Assembly: GCA_002269645.1 (NCBI GenBank)
Contig: NIVC01004296.1
Location: 1 to 51,410, forward strand
Origin: Macrostomum lignano
Lineage: Eukaryota
Reading direction: 5' to 3'
Length of the DNA stretch: 51,410 bases
Positions within the stretch are counted from its first letter, which is position 1. Every line of letters begins with the position of its first letter. Position numbers and translations under genes: made by a program. Below are positions 42,407 to 51,410 of this stretch, piece by piece. The notes under the pieces were generated by a model. That model was not told the origin of the DNA, made no database searches, and saw only the letters and a program-made list of their open reading frames with translations.

Positions 42407-43087
42407 AAAATCAGGAGATCGAAGGCTTCGCCCATAAATCTAGGAATCTACCGATTGGTTCCTTCATGCGTAAATAGGCTAGTCCTGGCAAGAGTGCGCG
42501 TCTAAGCGATAGATAAATCTACCATTGTCTGCCTTTAAAACGATGGACAAAATCATTAACACACAAACTGGCTAAAGGTTTCTGCTTCATATTACCCGGC
42601 GCACTATAGAGTACATGTACACCTGACAGAGCTTGGGTTAGGCATGGTAACTCAGCTGGGGTGATTGAGGGCAAATTCTTTGCACTACAGACCTGACACG
42701 CAGGCTTTCTCTCCGTTGACTGTCAGAATTGAATGGCTGTGTTTGAATTTTGGTATTGTACGCTCAACTCAAAGCAGCCGGTGAGACTGAGTACAATGCT
42801 ATCTAACATTGTATTGGGACGATCGGTTGAATCTATAAATGCAAAAACTGTCCGGGAATTAGCTTTGTGATTGTTACAACTCTGCCTACCAACCCTAGCT
42901 ATCCAGAACTATAGGTACCATCAATGCAGAGTGCAATGTTGACATACATCTACGAGAAACTACTGGCAAATTGTCAAATTCATCTAAACCGGAAGAGTCT
43001 TCTACATGCACTGCTGCTGGAGGTACAATAGCTGCATTACTGCTATTGTACCTCTGGTTTGGTGACTACAATTAACTCGAGTAGCAT

Positions 43088-43250
43088 GCGATGCACTCTC
43101 CAGAGATTCTTTGCCGCAGGTGGCTCAGTCAAACCAGACGCCCGCGGAGCTTACGGCACCTGTCAGCAATCAGGAAAATCCACCTCGTTGAGTTTGAGCC
43201 GCTGGTGCCGTCGAATTTATACCTAAACTCTGAAATCTATCCGGCATCAC
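43088..43250 (+). pseudogene. Degenerate partial duplicate of the PHM-like gene
   Basis: Aligns at DNA level with about 44451-44630 (gagattc..ttgccgcagg..ccagacgccc..ggagctta..tcagcaatcagg..gagtt.gagccgctggtgcc) with indels. Confidence 0.75.
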
Positions 43251-44252
43251 ATCCCGCCCTCCGCAGGGCCCTGCTTCTACTCAACCTCAAGGACATCAGG
43301 ACGGTAACCATGGCCCTCTCGGATCATGGCTGTTTTGCCAGGCATCGCTACCTAATTGAGCATTGAGAATTCTGGCTCTCCTGCGTTGAGAATGCGGAAT
43401 GTCTTGCCTTTACTCAGGAGAGTCACCTACCTCGGCCCAAAACCGGACCTTCCGACGTTTTTAAGCCCGAGAATCTCTGCCAGCTCGTCCGCAACCAAAG
43501 GGCTACCAGGCGAACGACCATCCACATCCTGGACTCTCCGGAGGGGGCAGTCAGAGCGCCGCGCGGGCACCGGCACCACCGGATCTCCGTCCCTGCGTAA
43601 CACCGCAGCACTAGCCTCGACGCCTTCCCGCTGTATCCGGAACCCCCTGCAGCTGAGTCAAGTACATGTAAGTCTCTTGACGTGCGTAAGAAGTCTCGCG
43701 TACTCGAGTAGTCGAGTTTAAGCTGTTCATAGTCGTTAAATTGGTAAGCTGTTGTACGTAACATGCACGAAAAATTGTAGCTTGGTAACTTTGTGTAAAG
43801 CAATCGAAATGCATCAACTACTAACATATATTTCAACTACTCGTATTAGCAGTCTCGATAAGAAAATGTAAACCCTTTCATCAGTGTGCATTCCTCCTTT
43901 ACATAACCCACCCCACGCCACTGCCACCCCACTTCACTTTGAGAGAGGTTTATTTTGGGGGCGTCCGATACAGGGTTGATGCTCTTGCAGACTCAAACAA
44001 AGCATTTTGGCTCCATCTCCCCAGAAGCGCTAAAATAGACCAAGTCAATAGAAATGTACAGTGGCAAGCATTAGACCTACTGCTTTTGATGCAGCGCCAA
44101 TTCCTAGGGCTGCTATTTAATGGCAAGCGCGAATTTTGCTCTGAAGGGGTGCACGTACACTGAGGGATGAGATTATTAGGAGTACTAGCCTGCAAAATGA
44201 ATCGTGCATGAAAGCTGTTTGCATCTAGGTTCTGCTCTGAGAAGACAAATAT

Positions 44253-45619
44253 ATGTCTGTAAAAGACAGCTCTATGGAGCGAACAAACGTCGAGGTCAGC
44301 AAGATGAAGTCCATCTGCCGAAGACTATTTTGCATGCGCTTCTCGTCCAGTGGGCGACTGCAGTTCAACAGGATCAGTCTGTTGGCTCTGGTTGCGTATC
44401 TTCTGCTTGTGCAACTACTCTTGGCGCACCTTTGGCGAAGCACTTATAAGATACACTCCATGGAGATTCGCTTGCCGCAGGCGGCTCTGTCGAGCCAGAC
44501 GCCCGGAGCTTACTTGTGCACCGCTATCAGCCTCCGAGACCCGAGGAACGCGTCAGCAATCAGGCCAATCTACATCGTCGAGTTCGAGCCGCTGGTGCCA
44601 CCGAATCCAACAAACTCCGAGATCCATGTGCATCACATGCTACTCGCCGAATGCAACGAGCTACCAGAAGGTGTCGGCGTCAATGGGCACGGCTGGTGGA
44701 ACTGCGGTCTGGGACACCACAAAGACAGCGCCAAATCCGCGAACAGCAGCAAAGAGATGTGCTCGGTACGGCAGCGGTACCTGTTCGCCTATTCGAACAG
44801 TGCGGAAGCGTTCCGGCTACCGCGGAAGGTCGCGATGCCCGTGGGAGACTCTCGTTTCTACGGCGGAGCGCACCTGGTGCTGCAGGTACGAAGATCTACA
44901 TATTTTGTGTGTCTCATAATAAGTACAAGCAAATGTCTCGTACTGACAACTAATTATGCGTAACTGACAACCAGGTGCACTACTCTAGTGGAAACCAACG
45001 GTTGCACGTCCATCCAAATCAGCATCACTCCCCTGCAGTTGGAGACCGCAGGCCCGGTCTCCGTCTCCGCTACCTGAATGAGACGGGAAATCATTACCGA
45101 GTGGCCGGAGTCCACCTGTCTTCAACGTCGATCAGACCCGACGTCCGCTCTCGACACACCACCGGCTGTGAGTACACTGGCGAACTGCCGATAAGACCAT
45201 TTGGTCTTCGGGTGCACACTCACTCGCTGGGCAGGCTGGTCTCCGTGTACAGAGTGCGTCGGCCCCGGCTGCCCCAGGACCCGATGGTTTGGCACCTCAT
45301 CGGCCAGGCCGACCCGCGCCAACCGCAGGCCTACTATTCCGCAAATGCGAGCAGCGACCTGACAGTGAAGCCAGGCGATCTCATTGCGACAGCGTGCGCC
45401 ACTACAGGCGGCAGAGGTGGCAGGTCCGCCCCAGTTGAGACGTGCAACGCCTGGCTCATTTTCTGGTTTGAGCAGTTGGATGCATTGTCGAAAGTGACTG
45501 GGCCGGATGGCCACGAGGGCAAAGTGGATCTGCGACAAGACTGCATCAGTAGTGGCTCGGCGTTGAGCCTCTGGTCTGATGCGCCGAAATGGGTTGAGAA
45601 GCAGGCTTTTTTGGTGTAA
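44253..45619 (+). CDS. Peptidylglycine alpha-hydroxylating monooxygenase (PHM)-like copper protein, 425 aa; exons 44253-44885 and 44975-45619
   Basis: AYLC, HHM, LQ/VHY, RVHTH, GxxDPRQPQAYY and KPGD motifs; the EMCN motif reads ETCN; N-terminal hydrophobic anchor. Confidence 0.9.
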
Positions 45620-46003
45620 TCAGTACTTATAGTAATCACTTTTGGTGACTGTTTTATAAACTATTGAATGGAATTAAAGTTTGAATTTATGTTTGCTCAT
45701 TACATTCGCAAGAAGTTTCAACAGTGATAATCGCTTGCTAATTCTGGTTAAAAAGCTTCTGTGCATCTTCAAGCTGTTAAAAGCTTATTTCATTCTTTAC
45801 ATATTCCTCCCAATTACACCCATGATGATTTGATTTTAGTTTTGGCTTGAAATCTTTACACGTTGTATTGTATTCCTTTATATTCCAGCTTTTACTAGAA
45901 TAGCAGGTGCTGCTGTCCTTTGCTTCTTCAGTAACGCTTAAATAATTGGGTTTTTGTTCTACGAGTTTGTATTTTACTTCAATGTGCAATTTTTACGATG
46001 CTG

Positions 46004-46330
46004 TCAGATCCCCATAGAATGTCTGTAGTGACTGCCAAATCCCATAGGATGTCTGTAGTGATCGTCAGATTTTATGATTTCTGTCGTGACCGTCAGATCC
46101 CATAGAATGTCTGTACATGTAGTGACCGTCGATCCCATATGATGTCTGTAGTGATTTTCAGATCCCATAGAATGTCTGTACATGTAGTGACCGTCGGATC
46201 CCATATGATGTCTGTAGTGATTTTCAGATCCCATAGAATGTCTGTAGTGACTGTCAGATCCCATATAATGTCTGTAGTGACTGTCAGATCCCATAGAATA
46301 TCTAGTGACTGTCAGATCCCCATAGTCACT
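46004..46330. repeat. ~30-bp minisatellite (TCAGATCCCATAGAATGTCTGTAGTGACTG)
   Basis: About 10 diverged units. Confidence 0.85.
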
Positions 46331-49300
46331 ACGCTGATTGACCAATTGTGAAGTCTCAATTGTGCTGAGCGATTGCTCAGACGCATCATGCACTCTACAT
46401 GTTAGCTCTTACTCACCATTATGGTAGCTAACTATTAGAATTACGTACTGTAATTATAATTTCCCTTGCCTTTCCTTTCTTTAACCTACACTATGCAACT
46501 GTGTGCTCCAAGCAGTGCTAGAATGTCTAATAGTGTGCGTGTGCATCGGATTTCCTTTCCCTGTATCCCATCTGCCTATGCAATGCTGAGACCGACTTCA
46601 CCTGGGCGAGTGTACATTCGATATTTGTAGACTAGGGTATAGAGACAGACCACTGAGTTCTAAAGTTAACTAGCTATCTGGATTGGAAAGCTAGAGCAAC
46701 CTCGTGTATAAGTGAAATTTTTTAAACGTGGTGGAAGTGGAAGTAGTGGCATAGCCATATAGCCTCGGGGATCATAGAGGTCATATGGGGGTCATGACGC
46801 GCCCCCAAATAGCTAACGATGAAAATTTTTAATCTTAATTAATTCTTTAATCGGCGCTATGGGCGCTGATTTAGCGCCACTGACTAGATGTTTCTGCCTC
46901 TCAAAAAAATGTTTCGCTCCTAAAGAAGCTTTAAAGATTGAAATACAAGTAGCCGTGCCCGTGATCGATATCTTTCATTTTTTAGTCATTCAATGAACTT
47001 TTTACGAACTTCCCGCAAACAAGCGGTAGATGTAGAGGACAATTGACAAGGCATTAATAGCGCGTGTCTATTGATAAGTTCCGCTGAACCTGCGGGGTAA
47101 GTCCATGTCCTGTCCCGCCTGTTATTCTTCCTTTGGCGAGGCGAAGCGTTTAACAACTGTCAATGGGGTTGTTTGTTAACTTGTTTCCTTTTTCTAATTC
47201 TAGTCTAGATTTCGTTAAGTCTAGAACTCCGTGACTCACCGCCCCGCCCAAACCCCCTTTACCACCCACCACCCCAAGCACCCACCACCCCAAGTACCAC
47301 CACCCTGAACACCCACCACCCATACCCTCGTGCCGCACATGACCAACTCTCCCCTCTCCTCGCTTGCGCGTAGAAAATAGCTTGCTCCTGCAGATGCTCT
47401 AGCTTCTATGTAGCATAGAACGAGAACCCAGCCAGCGCCCACTCCCTTCCCGATTGCCCTCTAGCTGTATATATTAACTGTACATTGTACAATTAATTCC
47501 TGCAAACTCACTTTTTAGTTAAGCAAGAATAAATATTCTCCCACGCTGGGCTTTTACAGTCCTTAACTGTTTAACTGTGCTCCAGCCCTAAACAAAAAGC
47601 GACAAGCTAAGATAAGATAAGAGATAATTAGAGCCACTTGCAACTCCCGTAACACAAATTAGCTTCCCCAAATGGACTCTACTCAGTCTACTGCAGTCAC
47701 AACGTCCAATAGCACTAGCAGCCTAGTGTACATCAGTCGTCGAATTCTAGACGACATCAAGCACAGTCGCAATTCCGACATTAAACGACACGCTATCTAT
47801 CCGGAGGAGCGAGCTCTAACCCTGCCAATTGAAGAGGCGATTATCTACGCTATCCAGATGATTAATAGCGATGCTGTTCATCGATTGATTGAGCTGTGTG
47901 GTCGGACTAGGATTAACTTCCGTTATACTGGTGAGTGACGCTTGCCGGAAAATTCCGGATAATCAAAAGATAGGCAAAAAATAGAATGTCGCCATGACGC
48001 AAAACGAAAACAGATAAATTGATGTCAGTGGCCAGCGGTGGCGCCTGACCAAAACAGGTGTCAGCGTGGTGTTAAAAATGGCATCAATGTACGTGGCGTT
48101 AAACTGCAAACGTGCGTTTGAAGGCACCAGCCACGAGGACTCGAAACCATTCCTTCCTTATCCATTCTCCCAGACTCCGAGGTCGACGCTTCATCCACCA
48201 CGCGCCGAGTCGGGCAGCGCAACCTCATCAGAGTGTTCCTGACCAGCGGCCCGCTGAACGTGCAGGACGCCGACGGCTGGACGCCGCTGCTCCGAGCAGC
48301 TGATCGAGGCCACACTCAAGTAATCGAAATTCTCAGCCAAGAGTCCTCGGTGAACATGCGAAGACTCCGCGACCGGAGATCATGTCCGCGCTACACCTGG
48401 CAGTCCGGGGCGCCATTGCGACTGCGTTGACGCGCTGCTGGCGCGGGGCGCCTGTCCCGACATGCTGGCTGGCGGAGGCGAGACGCCGCTGCACCTGGCC
48501 GTGGAGTCCGGCTGCCTGCACTGCGCCCTGGCGGTTCTGGAGGCGCGGAGCCGACCCCGCTGCGTGGACGTCTACGGGCAGACGCCGCTGCACCTGGCCG
48601 CTAAGAGGACAACGTGACCATGGCCGATTGTCTGCTGAATGCCGGAGCCGAGCCCTGCGCCAGGGACACCAACGGAAAGTCGCCGCTGCATCAGGTGAGC
48701 GTGTTCTACAAATTGGCGCAAGTCTTCTTCTAGATTTAGAGGCCTCCATCCTTGAAATAGCCTCCGTTAGTGACAGAATGTCAGGTAAATCGCTGACAGA
48801 ATCGCTAACCAGTGTTCAAAACCTTGACTTACCAGTGACCGAAAATCTCTCGTCAGTGGCAAAAGACGTCTAGCTTCTAAGCCAGTGCCAGAACCCCAGA
48901 ACCTCGTACCAGTGCCAGCATTTTATCTAAAAGTGCTAGAACCTCGTATTATACATGTACATTTACCTTGGCCGGAACCTCAGTCACTGAACAAGCCCTC
49001 ATCAATCTCATTCATTTCCCCAATCCGCAGGCCATCTTAAACGATCGCTGGGTCATGGCTGACTACCTGCTCGCACAACCTGGCGTCGATGTCAACTCCG
49101 CCGATCATCAGGGCGTCAGACCGCTGCATCTGGTCATCATTCGTTGCGCCGGCAGCTCCGGGATGCTCTTGGCCAACGCTGGTCAGGCAGCGTCGGCATC
49201 AGCTGCAACCTCGACAGCTGCAGCTCCGACGATCGAAGCTGCTCGCATTGAACTGCTTGAGAAGCTGCTGCTCAGGGCGCTGATGTGAGTTCAAGGGTGA

Positions 49301-50258
49301 TCGATAATGGAAAGTGTTAGATCGGCGTTGAAGACATTCGCAGCTGATTTTATTCGACTACAAAACCGCCCAATATGACGCCAAAACGCAAAACTACTCA
49401 ATATACGACTACCACTGAAAAACACATTTAGCTACATGAACGCTCGTACACAGAAAACAGTAACGCAATACCTTTCTCAAACGACGTGGTTTCTAGGGCA
49501 AAGGGTGACTCATGGTCTCTGAATCACTTCCTCCCTTCCCTCTGTCTGCATGAGACTACTTAAGCTTAATATTTCGTGTACTCCAAAAGGGCGTCGCCGC
49601 TCAAGCACAGCCCAATCCTCTAGTGCTTGCTACCTTCAGATTCAGGAGTGAGCGAGTGGGCAACCAACTGCCCGTCAACTTAACTGAATCATTGATTTGA
49701 CGCTCTGCGAATCCAGAAATCAATATCGCTGATTGGAATTTCTTAGCCATAATATAGTCTGCACGGGGACAGGGGGTAGAGTGTGTGTCTGAATTTCGCG
49801 TTAAAGTATCGGGGTTCGATTCCACATTAATTTGGGAATTGTGCACTCAAATTAACCAGCTGGCTTGTCGTGAGATTCACGACCCCTAAGGCACAATCGA
49901 GAGTTTACATGCCTGACGATCAGAAATTCAAGGCCTCTGGAGCCTGTACAACCCTGTGTATGTTCCAGGCTCGATTCCTATAGTGCAGTCACGTTAAGTT
50001 GGGTCTAACTTGGAATCTCGGCTTGGCTCTGCTCGTGCCATTAACGCCCTAAGGAACAGTAAAGTCTACATGCCTAACGATATATCACGTTGGGCCGCTA
50101 TAAACTCCTGTGTGTGGCTGTGCTTATGATTGCGTACGTATCCTTGCGCTTATGTGCCTACTCAGGGGAGTCGGCGGAAGTGGCAGTAATGCCTCTCGCC
50201 GGTTGTGTGACAATTCGCATAAAGTATACCAGAGTGCACATAGCCCCTGCTTCTAATA

Positions 50259-50449
50259 GAAAAATTACATTCTGTGGGATTACATGCTCAACTGGTGCAT
50301 GACTGTTAGTTCGCTCTTCGATTTGAAAGCAGGCGTCTTCTGCACCCCCTGCTTCTCTTCTAGAAAAATAACATTCTGTGGATTACATGCTCAACTGGTG
50401 CATGACTGTTAGTTCGCTCTTCGATTTGAAAGCAGGCGTCTTCTGCACC
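50259..50449. repeat. Direct duplication of about 90 bp
   Basis: AGAAAA(T)TA..ATTCTGTGG..TTACATGCTCAACTGGTGCATGACTG...CTTCTGCACC occurs twice. Confidence 0.8.
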
Positions 50450-50899
50450 TGTACCTCTTCTGTCAACCTAATCAGGTAAACGCGCTGACAGACGAGGCTG
50501 GCGAGTCGCCGCTCTCCTTGGCGGTGACCTCCGGTAGCGAGGCTCTGGTCCGCCTTCTACTAGCCAACGTGCCAGCGTCTTATCCGCTGACAAGAACGGC
50601 GCGAGCCCGCTGCACCGAGCGAACCTCTTGACCACTTCGTCTAGGAACTCGATCCTGTCCGCGCTGATTGAGCACGGCTGCGATGTGAACTCCTGCGACA
50701 ATTTGGTTATTCACCAATTAGTAAATGCGTCTCCAGCTCATGGTCGATCGGATAACGCAAGCCGACTGCTTCGAGGGACTGCGGCTCATGGTGCGGGCTG
50801 GGGCCACGCTGGGTCCCCTGCGGCGGCCTCAAGAGCAGCAGCAGCAGATGCAGCAGGTACTTACTTTGCACCTTGCTTTGTACCAGCAATATTTGATTA

Positions 50900-51262
50900 G
50901 ATACTAGTAGATTGTTTCGGAAGAGTGCTTGGGGTAGAGTAGCCAGCCAAATTGTCTCGGTAGAGTGTCTGAGTAGAGTAGCTGAGTAGAGTGTCTAAGT
51001 AGAGTGTCTGAGTAGAGTAGCTGAGAAGAGTAGCTGAGGAGAGTGTCTGGTAGAGCAGCTGAGTAGAGTGTCTGAGTAGAGTAGCTGAGAGAGTGCTGAG
51101 AGAGTGTCTGAGTAGAGTAGCTGAGTAGAGTGTTGAGTAGAGTAGCTGATTAGAAGTAGCTGAGGAGAGTGTCTGAGTAAAGTAGCTGAGTAGAATGTCT
51201 GAGTAGAGTGTCTGAGTAGAGTAGCTGAGAAGAGTAACTGAGTAGTGTGTCTGAGCAGAGCA
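50900..51262. repeat. 13-bp-unit intronic repeat (GAGTAGAGTGTCT / GAGTAGAGTAGCT)
   Basis: Visible periodicity; produces a spurious LLSYSTQTL ORF. Confidence 0.85.
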
Positions 51263-51410
51263 GCTCAGCAGAGCGGGTGTGTCGCTGTGACCAGGCTGCT
51301 GCTCATCCGCCCCATCCCGCACATCGATCCCGCCCAGCAGCAGCCCGCTCGCCAGCTGAACTCGCCCATCGTGTTCCTGGCGTGGCGCGGCCACTGGCCC
51401 GGCGTGATGT

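Larger units (their letters stand above)
47672..51410 (+). pseudogene. Multi-exon ankyrin-repeat gene with several frameshifts; runs off the window end
   Basis: Ankyrin motifs GWTPLLRAA, SALHLAV, GETPLHLAV, GQTPLHLAA, GKSPLH, GVRPLHL, GESPLSLAV, GASPLH spread over different frames; exon 1 47672-47930 ends at G/GTGAGT. Confidence 0.75.

Noticed and set aside
43939-44230. Possible LINE RT fragment (D..KAF.SI-like)
   Set aside because: Needs a frameshift and the downstream RT motifs are not recognisable; too weak to call.
46744-46882. Possible fourth MITE (TAGTGGC...CGCCACTG)
   Set aside because: Termini match poorly and no TSD was found.

Overview
Eukaryotic (invertebrate animal) genomic DNA with spliceosomal genes, polyQ-rich proteins and minisatellite-filled introns. 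The style resembles the flatworm Macrostomum, which is inference only. The centrepiece is a very young, intact 10.6-kb Ty3/Gypsy LTR element (19025-29626, minus strand, 855-bp LTRs differing at one site that I could find). Its single 2498-aa ORF reads Gag - acidic linker - signal peptide - gB-like (class III) fusion glycoprotein - TM - tail with LYPxI/PTAP/PPxY late motifs - PR-RT-RH-IN, so an env-like gene sits in frame between gag and pol. A separate 3' ORF encodes an N-myristoylation-motif, tandem-RING protein reminiscent of arenavirus Z. The element lies antisense in intron 1 of a 6-exon coiled-coil gene. Other content: CNOT3 (first exon not found), a 58-aa secreted Cys/His-rich peptide gene, a PLAC8-family gene, a PHM-like monooxygenase lacking the CuM Met, a frameshifted ankyrin-repeat gene, an intron-containing Crypton pseudogene, a P-element with nested and related MITEs, several 8-bp-TSD MITEs and many tandem arrays. 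All family assignments come from motif recognition by eye; no database search was run.
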